In this document: in pieces, positions 54,918 to 64,000 of the stretch
Position numbering within the stretch: the first letter of the stretch is position 1
How the letters are laid out: each line of letters begins with the position of its first letter
Assembly (NCBI GenBank): GCA_963733675.1
Contig: CAVTET010000004.1
Location: forward strand, 192,001 to 256,000
Source of the DNA: an uncultured Methanosarcinaceae archaeon
GTDB lineage: Archaea > Halobacteriota > Methanosarcinia > Methanosarcinales > Methanosarcinaceae
DNA: 64,000 bases
Reading direction: 5' to 3'
The notes under the pieces: generated by a model
The model's database searches: none
The model's input: only the letters and a program-made list of their open reading frames with translations
Told to the model about the DNA's origin: nothing
Position numbers and translations under genes: made by a program

Positions 54918-56111
54918 TTATGTCTTCATTTTCTGAGCCAGCTCTCGACCTATTTTCTCAACCTTTTTTAAATCTTCATCGCTGGCTCTACCTTTCACTT
55001 GGTAGTTTCCCACAACCTCCATTTTTGAAGGGATCAGAATCTCTTCGGCCTGTTTGACCGCCCCTCCTCCCCATCCAAAGGACCCGAGTACAACACCATA
55101 CTTTGCCGGTGGATTGAGAGCTTTTATTAGGTAAGTACCGTAAAGGGCAAGCGGATGCATACCTCCTAGAACTGTAGGCGCTCCAATAATAATAGCACGG
55201 GAATCAACTAGCTCCCTTGCAACATCTCCAATATCTGAGGCTGCAAGATCATACATTTTAACATCTACCCCTTCTTTAAGAAGGGTCTCTACAATTGTCC
55301 GAACCATATCTCGAGTAGATCCCCACATACTCACATAGACGATAATGGCTTTATTCTCTGTTTCTCCTGCGGTCCATTTAACATACGGGTCCATAATACG
55401 GCTTGGATTTGTATAAATCGGTCCATGGCTCGGAGCAATAATTTTTATATCAAGATTCTTTATTTTTTCAAGAGCTTTTACCCCCATTTTCCTGAAAGGC
55501 ATAATTATTTCCCCATAATAGCGTTTTGCAAAAGGAATAAGATCTTCGATATCTTCATCATAGATTCCCTGGGCTGTGTGGGCTCCGAAAAAATCGCACG
55601 GGAAAAGAATTTTATCTTCAGCTAGGTATGTAAACATCGTCTCAGGCCAATGAAGCCAGGGCGCCTCTATGAAATGGAGAGTCTTTCCACCCAAATCAAG
55701 GTTGTCTCCTCCAGCAACTACTTTGATCCGGGCTTCAGGCAGCTCATGATAGAGCCTGGCCATATTTACTCCTTTTTCGGTTGTGATAAATAAGGCATTT
55801 GGAGCTTTTTCTAAGATAAATCTGATCGCATTGCTGTGATCAGGTTCTGCATGATTCATAATCAAGTAATCAAGCTTTTCCAGATCTGAGGTCATATTGA
55901 TTTTTGCTTCGAGTTCCTCTTCAAAACCCGGATTTACTGTATCTATTAGAGCTGTTTTCTGTTCACCTTTCACGAGGTATGAGTTGTAGCTCGTGCCATC
56001 TGGCAGAGGAATTAAAGCATCAAACATCCTGCGGGTCCAGTCTTTTGCCCCAACACTGAAAACATTATTGGAAATCTCTGGAATATTATAAGTTTTCATA
56101 GTTTCCTCCAT
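54918..56111 (-). CDS. fprA: FprA-family flavodiiron protein
   Basis: GTSYNSY, NHAEPDHS, HWPET, DFFG and PSHG motifs; flavodoxin domain SMWGST. Confidence 0.93.
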   Translation of the reverse strand: MEETMKTYNIPEISNNVFSVGAKDWTRRMFDALIPLPDGTSYNSYLVKGEQKTALIDTVNPGFEEELEAKINMTSDLEKLDYLIMNHAEPDHSNAIRFILEKAPNALFITTEKGVNMARLYHELPEARIKVVAGGDNLDLGGKTLHFIEAPWLHWPETMFTYLAEDKILFPCDFFGAHTAQGIYDEDIEDLIPFAKRYYGEIIMPFRKMGVKALEKIKNLDIKIIAPSHGPIYTNPSRIMDPYVKWTAGETENKAIIVYVSMWGSTRDMVRTIVETLLKEGVDVKMYDLAASDIGDVARELVDSRAIIIGAPTVLGGMHPLALYGTYLIKALNPPAKYGVVLGSFGWGGGAVKQAEEILIPSKMEVVGNYQVKGRASDEDLKKVEKIGRELAQKMKT

Positions 56112-56639
56112 TCTACATGATGAAATTTAAAAACCATAACTAAATTTCGAACTATTTCTATCAACCTGATAACTACTCATCAAAATTTCCGCTTTTTCAG
56201 GCACATAAGCTTCCGTTGATATAAAATGATACCATAAAACTTCAACAAATGAACTAAATGCTGGAATTTCAACACATAATCATCTGAAATGACAGATTTG
56301 TAGACTTAGGAATATGCGCTTGAAATACGGAGTACATAATTTGTTTGAGGTATATTTTGCATTTTTAAAATATCTAATTGTCCCATAAAATATGTAATAA
56401 CTTATATGGTTTTTACAATTATATTAATTAATGATAATTTAGCCTATATTTTACTAATAGTGCTGCTAAGGTGACCATTAGTTCTTACGACAAAAATGAG
56501 TAGAGACACTTCAAACTTCATTTCAGTAGAATATCCCACAGCGTGCTGAGAGGATGGAAAACCTCCCATAGAACCTTAATTAACTAATTGATTTATATTT
56601 CGATCTACCTTTGAATTTTATAAATAGAACCATGTGATG

Positions 56640-57125
56640 GAAATCGTTGTGTCTATAAAAATATGAAACCACATGTTTTTTTAAGAAGTATTGTAAAAGA
56701 CTATCTTCGTCAGTGATATCATTAATTGTTTAAAAAAAATATCTACATTGGAATTAGTAAAGATACTATCTTGAGTTTGATACAACTGGTAATGGTAATC
56801 ACGTATATCTTTTCGTTTGTGCTGAACCAAAATATTATCTATCAAGATTGATGTAGGTTATACAAAATATCACAGCGATAGAATCTTTGAAGAATCCATG
56901 TAATTTAAAAAGATATCGGATGATAAGCTTTGGAGTGAGGAAAATCGTATTCGAACTATTTATGGTTGTACAACTTCAAATGGCACTAAAAGCTATATTG
57001 AGAATCAGGGAAACTAGGAAGAAAAAAAATCATATAAGTAAATGGAAATATTTGATTAAAAAGGTCTTTTTTGTAACCAGAGTAGGGGCGCGAACTTACC
57101 ACTTTATTTGGAGCGGTGTATGTAC
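56640..57125 (+). pseudogene. IS200-type tnpA relic
   Basis: GNHVYLFVCAEPKY...; aligns with 37761-38130. Confidence 0.7.
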
Positions 57126-57239
57126 TCACCACCAAAATTTTGATATTAAGCGAATTTTTTAGATCCAGATAACACTTTGTGAACAAGTGTACATAAAGTA
57201 CAAAGGTAGTGTTTGTTAGGACCATTAAAAATTTTCAAA

Positions 57240-57311
57240 TGGACTCGACGGGATTTGAACCCGCGGCCTTTACGTTGCGAACGTAACGATCTTCCCCTGA
57301 TCTACGAGCCC
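57240..57311 (-). tRNA. tRNA-Ala (anticodon CGC)
   Basis: GGGCTCG...TTACG-TTCGCAA-CGTAA...GGTTCAAATCC...CGAGTCCA; G3:U70 pair; CCA not encoded. Confidence 0.96.
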
Positions 57312-57371
57312 TTTAAGGAAAGGAATTATATAAAAATGACTTATCCGGGAATATTGGCCGGTTTTTTTTGT

Positions 57372-57641
57372 TTAGAAGCGATAGAGTTCCAGAACCTGGA
57401 TGTTTTCGACGCCTGGGACTTTTGCGAAAGCCTCTTCTACAGCTTCGGTTCCACCTTCTTCATCATTAACAATTAAAGTGACGATAAGAGCCTTCAACCC
57501 GAAAGCGATAGGTTCTTCAATAATATCTCCATGAAGGTCAGTACCTGCTGGGATTGCACCTTTGATTTTTTCTTTTAACTCTACAAGGTTAGTATCAACA
57601 CTTTCAGGCATTATTTTCATTTTTGCTGCAACTTCACCCAT
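57372..57641 (-). CDS. ef1b: Translation elongation factor 1-beta
   Basis: MGEVAAKMKIMPES...EPIAFGLKAL. Confidence 0.95.
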   Translation of the reverse strand: MGEVAAKMKIMPESVDTNLVELKEKIKGAIPAGTDLHGDIIEEPIAFGLKALIVTLIVNDEEGGTEAVEEAFAKVPGVENIQVLELYRF

Positions 57642-57735
57642 TCTGATGCCTCTCATCTTTTAGCAAAATCTATTGATCAAGTTCATTTTTGATTTTTTTA
57701 TTCGCGTATCTACATTCTTTAGGACTTGCCTTAAA

Positions 57736-57924
<189 letters not shown>

Positions 57925-58089
57925 TTATTTCATGTAGCAACTTTGCAACGAGTTACCAGTCAATAAGTTGCTTTAGAATTGATTTATGCTCCTGAAACCT
58001 TTATCAACTTCAGCGAGTTTAATGATCATAATTTAAATGATGCTTTTTGGATACGCTTTGCTTCTCCCCTATCATATGCGATATACAAT

Positions 58090-58758
58090 TTAAATATTCC
58101 CCTTTATAGCCGTACCAAATACAGGCTTTCCGTACAAAGCCTGAATAACTCTTTCGGGATATTTTCCATTTACAATAAAGCACTCCATCCTGTTTTTCTG
58201 CAGAAATGGTGGTAAGGCAGGGTCAATGCAGCTTACGCAACTTTCCTCAAAATCAGTAGCAGAAATCTCCCTAATCAGCTTTCCTTCTTGAAATATTCCA
58301 TCTACATTCGTAGCCTTCAAGAGCATTGCGTCCACTTTCCTTGCAACCCATGCAGCAATGGTGTCAGAGGTCACATCCCAAGTATGAGGAAAGGGGTCTT
58401 CGGTTTTGAGGAGCCTGTAAGGAAAAAGAATAGACACTCCTTTGGGTATATCTGCTATTGAGTATGTAGACACAACGCTGCTTTTATCCTGCAGGTAGTA
58501 AGCATACTGCTCCATCCCAAGTATAGCCATCCAGTGAGCAGCATCTGCCCCAAAAGAAAAAATTCTGTTAGCTGACCTCACGGCATCAGCAAATATTCCA
58601 CCTCCGGGTATAATGAGAATGGAAATGGATAAGCGCCTATAAGATTGCCTTCGTTCGAAAGCAGTCGTATTTTCGGAATTAAATTCTTGTATCAATCTAT
58701 CCACAAGTTTGGGAGCTTCTTTGATGAGACTTCCCCCTATTTTTACCACTGCTCTCAT
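58090..58758 (-). CDS. Amino-acid-kinase family protein (MfnE-like)
   Basis: VKIGGSL, IPGGGIFAD, HWMAI, WDVTSD and TNVDG motifs. Confidence 0.8.
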   Translation of the reverse strand: MRAVVKIGGSLIKEAPKLVDRLIQEFNSENTTAFERRQSYRRLSISILIIPGGGIFADAVRSANRIFSFGADAAHWMAILGMEQYAYYLQDKSSVVSTYSIADIPKGVSILFPYRLLKTEDPFPHTWDVTSDTIAAWVARKVDAMLLKATNVDGIFQEGKLIREISATDFEESCVSCIDPALPPFLQKNRMECFIVNGKYPERVIQALYGKPVFGTAIKGNI

Positions 58759-60413
58759 AATTTTATTCCAGCTAAATATTGTGTAGTCAAGTCAGCAATT
58801 AATTACACTCTCATTCTTTCATCAAATATTATTAGCCAATTTTTAGCAAAGTATTTTGATTTAGCTAATTCTGTACAGTAATAACCAATTAACTCTTTAA
58901 ATCTAGTAATTGATTTAAGAAAATTTAGATAAATCTACCATCCAACAAATTGCTCAGATCGGATCTATGGACAATAGCCAAAAATTGAGGCTTATCGAAA
59001 GTATCTTAATTTATTATTTCTGAATTTCTTTTTTACACTTTTCAGAGAAATTCAATTGGATATGGATCAGGCGAATAAGGTAGCAGAAATACTAACATCA
59101 TATCCAAATTTCTGCCTTTTTTTAAACCTAATGGCTGCATGATATATTTTTGAGTTATTCAGTACAAATATGATATCATAATTATTTTCTCTTTTATTCT
59201 TTCGGGAAATCCACATACTTTTTTGCTTAGGGACTCTTTTTAAAATCTTATTCTTTATACCCATTTTTAACATCGAAAATATTAGCATTATGCATCTACA
59301 ATCTGTTTATTTATAAATAGTTTAAGTTTTGACAAAACAAGTAAAATGATGGCTTATTCCATATTTTTTGTAGCGAAGATTCACTCTGCATTTCCGAATT
59401 TCATCAGTCTCGAAACAATTTCTAAAAATTAGAAAATTATAACAAATAGATGAGAAATTATTGATAATCACAACGAAACATAACTCCACTTCTGTCATAG
59501 CTCCAGCCTGTTTACCGCCTGTGTCTCATAAATTATGTAGTATCATTGATAAATATAACTTTATTTGATGAAGCAAACTACACTATCAATAAATTATTTA
59601 TGATTCACTTAACGCTGCAATATATTCTACCAATTCTCTTAAATCTACAACCAACGATCTAAGATCAAAAGTACAAAACATAAAAATTTCTCAGGATGAG
59701 ACTATTGTTTAAATACATAAAATCAAATTCTATTGATAACATTATCTTTTAATTTAAAAGAATAAAAGATGACGTTTTTAAGATGACATCTTCTAAAAAC
59801 AAAGGCTCAAGACACTACTGTTTACTTTCAGGATGTTTCCATATTATGGTTACCAGAGATTATCCATGTATAAAGTGGATTAAAACCGAAGAATTGGGAA
59901 TATTCGTTCTGCACTTTGGATATAATTGACAGCTCTAAGCTATATTTGATGTTATTTACATAAATAGATTAAGCAAAGAATATTAGATTCTTCTGATAAT
60001 ACTTATTTAGTAGCATCGGGATAATGAAAGAAAAAGTAAGAACCATATATATATATATGAATAATGAATTTTTTTAACAGTAACGTTAAGCTGATTGGAG
60101 AATATAAAAATAAATCTTGTTCTGGATTAATTGATCAAGTATGAAAAATGAGCATATTTCAAACTTTTTGATAATTTAGAGAGAGTATTGTATTTATGAT
60201 TTTCAACAAATAATGTACACGATCAAAAAATAAGATGAAGAGATAACAAAAATGGGCATCTTGAAGATTAAAGTTTATGATCTCTTAGGATTCTTGTGAA
60301 AATAAAACTCAATTGGACTAAAACTTGCTGCATCAGGGATAATTATATTATAGTTCCATAGATGGGTACAAAAAAAATGGAATATATAACTTTCATAAAG
60401 GACGGGAGACCTA

Positions 60414-62195
60414 TTGTCTAAAATAACTAATAACATATTAAATATTGTAGCCTCGATTTCTCTGCTACTACTGGTTTACAGTACTTATACTATCAGGGGG
60501 ATCCCGTCTGAAGGGTATGTAATTAACATATATAAGCAGCTTCCTTTTCATTTTTATTTAACTTTGCTCTTTTGCTATCTTTCAGCCTGCGTTTTACTGA
60601 TAGCATACAGAAAAATCAGTGCAGTTATTATACTTTTGCTTGTTCACATTATTGTACTGATTATCCCTTACATTCTTGGCTATGTTTCGCCAAGCAGAGG
60701 CGATGAGTTTATATATATGGGCCTTGTAGGAAAAAATGAACTTTTTGGTTTTTCAAATCTTTCTCCAACTGGTCCCCTTTTTATTTCAGCCTTAGCTCTG
60801 ATCACAGGATTGGAGAAGTGGATACTTTCTTATTTTTTGCCTGTTTTTTTTTCAATTATGTTCATCACCGGAATGTTCCTTTTTTATCGAATATTCATGA
60901 ACCGGGAAAAATTGGTCTCAGTAGCATTTATTTCATCGACTATTCCTTATTTTGGGCATTTCCAGGTTTCAACATCTGCTTACTACCTGTGCTTTTGCCT
61001 TATGCCTCTTTACCTCTTTATGCTGAGGAATGCACTTTCTGGTAAAAATGGAGCCATTTATATTTGTTCTTTGTTGATGATACTTTTGATTCCATTGGCA
61101 CATCCATTTATTTTTATATATATTTCTTTTTTTGTATTATCTCTAGCCTTTTCGCTAAAAACGTTAAAGTCCAATTTTCTCTGTAAAGTCCTGAATTTTA
61201 ATTTCTTTTCCATTAAATTACCCCATTCTGGAGGAAAAAAAACCCATTTATTTATCTTCCTGTCATTAATTTTTGGAGGTTTCCTACTCTATGCAAGATA
61301 CGCTTCTCAATTTATTGATATTTTTCTTCCAACTCTTGTCTGGCGCACTGAGGCACTAATAACTGACGGCTTTCCTAATATACCGGAAACAGCTAACAAT
61401 TTTTATAAACTCATACATCTTTTCAATCTCTATTATGCCAAGTACTACATCCCACTAATCCTCATTTTTATCAATTCAATAATTGTGTGGCAGAATCGAA
61501 AAAGATTTTGTCATCATTTCGTCCACAGATATCCCCGCTTTTTGATTCTTTATATATTCACCTTTTTACTGGAACTTGCCTTCCTTTTTAACCCCTTTAT
61601 TCCTTATCCTCTGGATAAATTTGTAAACTTGAATTTCATCATTTTTGCCCAGATTCCTTTGCTGGGGTATTCTCTCTACGTTATTTTTCTCAGGAAAGGA
61701 TACACCTTTGGCCTTGGTTCAGTAGTCCTGATTCTCGGCCTTCTTTGGACGTTAGGATTCTTCAATTGCTTCAGCTCACCTTATATTGGCGGAATTTCTG
61801 AAGCAATTTCACAAAACGAGATGGAAGGATTCCACTGGTTTTCCGAGGTAAAAGAAAACTATCCATACATAATGTCATTTGGAGAAAAAGAAGAAATTAA
61901 TTCCTTGACAGGAAACTTTAATAGTAATCTGTATAGATCAGCTGAGTTTGCGGAGGCCTGGCAAAGGTTTCCAATTTATACACTCAAAAGTGACTCAAAA
62001 GTGGATTTCCCCTTAAAAGATCCAAATAGAAATGAACCTTTCTATCTTGTGGTAACCACCTTTTCGAAGTCTTTGGACCTAGATAAACGAAAATATGAAG
62101 AAATGCCAGTTTCTATCGGATTTACTCGGAGCAGTTATCCTGCATACAAGATCTACGATTCTCTCAACATAGAAATTTATGAGAATAAAACCTAA
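60414..62195 (+). CDS. Polytopic membrane protein, function unknown
   Basis: 593-aa ORF with many TM segments and a soluble C-terminal domain; TTG start after GGGAG. Confidence 0.75.
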   Translation: MSKITNNILNIVASISLLLLVYSTYTIRGIPSEGYVINIYKQLPFHFYLTLLFCYLSACVLLIAYRKISAVIILLLVHIIVLIIPYILGYVSPSRGDEFIYMGLVGKNELFGFSNLSPTGPLFISALALITGLEKWILSYFLPVFFSIMFITGMFLFYRIFMNREKLVSVAFISSTIPYFGHFQVSTSAYYLCFCLMPLYLFMLRNALSGKNGAIYICSLLMILLIPLAHPFIFIYISFFVLSLAFSLKTLKSNFLCKVLNFNFFSIKLPHSGGKKTHLFIFLSLIFGGFLLYARYASQFIDIFLPTLVWRTEALITDGFPNIPETANNFYKLIHLFNLYYAKYYIPLILIFINSIIVWQNRKRFCHHFVHRYPRFLILYIFTFLLELAFLFNPFIPYPLDKFVNLNFIIFAQIPLLGYSLYVIFLRKGYTFGLGSVVLILGLLWTLGFFNCFSSPYIGGISEAISQNEMEGFHWFSEVKENYPYIMSFGEKEEINSLTGNFNSNLYRSAEFAEAWQRFPIYTLKSDSKVDFPLKDPNRNEPFYLVVTTFSKSLDLDKRKYEEMPVSIGFTRSSYPAYKIYDSLNIEIYENKT

Positions 62196-62489
62196 ATAGA
62201 CTTTACAATATTTTTACCCCATATTTACCTTGACATTGCCATACTAAACTTATTTTTATATATACTACAACAATATTCACTTGAATTCAGACAACTTTGA
62301 CAATTTTTACCGGACAATTTTTTTCTTATATTTTCACCTTAATCCAATATTTTCATTAGGCTCACTACCATAATTTATGAATACCTAACTTAAGCACTTT
62401 GCTAGTTTTCATTTCCCCGTAAAGAAGCCTTCATATATCATTATCACGGTGAAAACGTTTTTATTGTGCTGTTATATAAATTTAGGCAT

Positions 62490-62717
62490 GGTCACAAAAT
62501 GGAATTAAGTTCATTAAATGTATTGACTCTGTATTACAATTTCTAAGAGATTAATGTGAATATCAAGATCATTGATTTACTTACGAGCTAAGATATTTTT
62601 CGCGCCGTTGTAAGTATAGCAGTCAACAAAAATTTTGTTAACTAATCCTCGAAACATTACCAAGATGTTGCGTACGAAACATCCATGAGCTGCCATCTTG
62701 AAATACTAAAAATTGAA
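62490..62717 (+). pseudogene. ISH3-like transposase 5' relic, ending at a family A MITE
   Basis: KCIDSVLQ...KDIFRAVVSIAVNKN...YQDVAYETSMSCHL; family from recall. Confidence 0.6.
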
Positions 62718-62804
62718 GATGATTTTGATAAACCACTAAATTTAGTTATATAAATGAATGGTATATAAATGACTCATGAAAATTAGGGTTTTATCAAAAT
62801 CCTC
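62718..62804. mobile_element. ~90-bp MITE, family A, copy 8 (reverse)
   Basis: GATGATTTTGATAAAC ... GTTTTATCAAAATCCTC. Confidence 0.8.
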
Positions 62805-63582
62805 TATAATATAAAAAATATATCAATGTAAGAATTCTCTAAAAAAATAAAATTCTTCAGATATCAGACACAAATAAATGAAAATACGTCTCATCTTACC
62901 TTTTTTGACGATTGATTCATTATTAACTCAGGTCGGAAGGTTTTACAAATTTTGTTTTCTTTCAAAAACGCTCAAAAATAATCCATGAAATGCCATTGAA
63001 AGTTCAAATGTGACTGTAATCAAGGACACCAAATTAGCCTCTTAGTCCGTTCCATTGCCCAAACAAATTGAATTGTATAAACTATCAAAAATAGCTCATA
63101 AATCTCGAGTTTTGACATGTAAAAAAGTTTTTTTGGCTATGTAGAAATTCTTAATTTAATCCAAATGATATTTACTATTTTTTTATTTACTTTCTGCTCT
63201 GTATAAATCCTCTAAGTTATGCATTCTCTCACATTTTTATAAACGTTGTGCTCTAAAAGATCTAGATATTTTCCCACAAAAAACGAAGGCACACATAATA
63301 TCGAAAATCGAATAACTACACTAAATTTGTTGATACTAGCCTCAAAACTGTCCAGTCTTCCTGAATGAACGTTTATTCCTGCAAGTTTCCAAACATGTTT
63401 ATTTTCAGCATCAATTTTTTGTTATGATTCTTGTTAAATTTTGAAAAATTAATTTAATTTTATCAAACTTTGATCAAGAACTGATTAGCATGACAAAATA
63501 AAACTAAAAAGAAAAATAAAAACTAAAACTTGAAGTAAATATAAAAAATTGAATATTTTTGTAACAAATTTCTTCTTCAAAA

Positions 63583-64000
63583 TTATTTGTGGGCAAAGTA
63601 TACCTCAACTTTTTCTTTGTCTACAGAATCGACCCTGCAGAAACCAAAGCGTTCGAATTGTACGATTTTGTCAAGTTCGGCTGCAATACCATGCTCTCCA
63701 GTCCCTTCTATATCACCATAGGGACCGCGTACTTTCACCGATATTCCATCAATTGGAACCCAATGGATGATTTTTCCCTTCGATTTTTGATGAGCTTCGA
63801 GGGAAACTGCTGAATGTCTTGCTTGAAGAGGAACAAGAGAAGTAATTTCGATATTGCAGAAATCCTTTAAGCGAAGAACATAACCCACTTTCAGCTTTTC
63901 GACATCTTCTCTGCAGACAAACACCTTATTCCTTACAGAAATTTCCCTTATACCTCTTGCATAGTCAGTGGGGTGAAGCGGAAGTTTTGCAACTGTAGGT
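63583..64000 (-). CDS. gltX: Glutamyl-tRNA synthetase (3' part, truncated by window edge)
   Basis: LPLHP, LRLKDFCNI, IIHWVP, VQFERFGFCRVD and YFAHK*. Confidence 0.92.
   Translation of the reverse strand, partial: PTVAKLPLHPTDYARGIREISVRNKVFVCREDVEKLKVGYVLRLKDFCNIEITSLVPLQARHSAVSLEAHQKSKGKIIHWVPIDGISVKVRGPYGDIEGTGEHGIAAELDKIVQFERFGFCRVDSVDKEKVEVYFAHK

Noticed and set aside
58900-60400. Short ORF fragments (e.g. 59067-59288) in the desert before the membrane protein
   Set aside because: No recognisable motifs by eye; probably decayed genes and would need blastx.

Overview
Archaeal chromosomal window, almost certainly Methanosarcina (inferred from vhtGACD, hdrED, hypCDABE, porCDAB, methanogenesis marker 9 and Methanosarcina-style IS relics). 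Intact housekeeping and energy genes (por, dus, signal peptidase, DP1, taw1, aRF1, argS, vht/hyp, cdc6, thermosome, RNase P RNA, hdrED, tRNA-Ala(CGC), EF-1beta, gltX) are separated by long AT-rich intergenic deserts full of decayed IS elements (IS5, IS1634, IS200/IS605, ISH3-like) and pseudogenes. Main unusual signals: (1) an apparently perfect 238-bp inverted repeat with a 44-bp spacer (17839-18358) in a gene desert that also holds a perfect 24-bp hairpin and short tandem duplications; (2) a ~90-bp MITE family with at least 8 near-full copies, whose terminal repeat also precedes a transposase 5' fragment in the window; (3) a DUF116-DUF116-GGR-GGR cluster downstream of hdrED, a candidate for methanophenazine side-chain tailoring, with one GGR pseudogenised; (4) an intact short tyrosine recombinase plus fprA near the 3' side of tRNA-Ala. 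All calls were made by eye without database searches. Family names for degraded IS relics are recall-based and their boundaries are approximate. No CRISPR array was seen.
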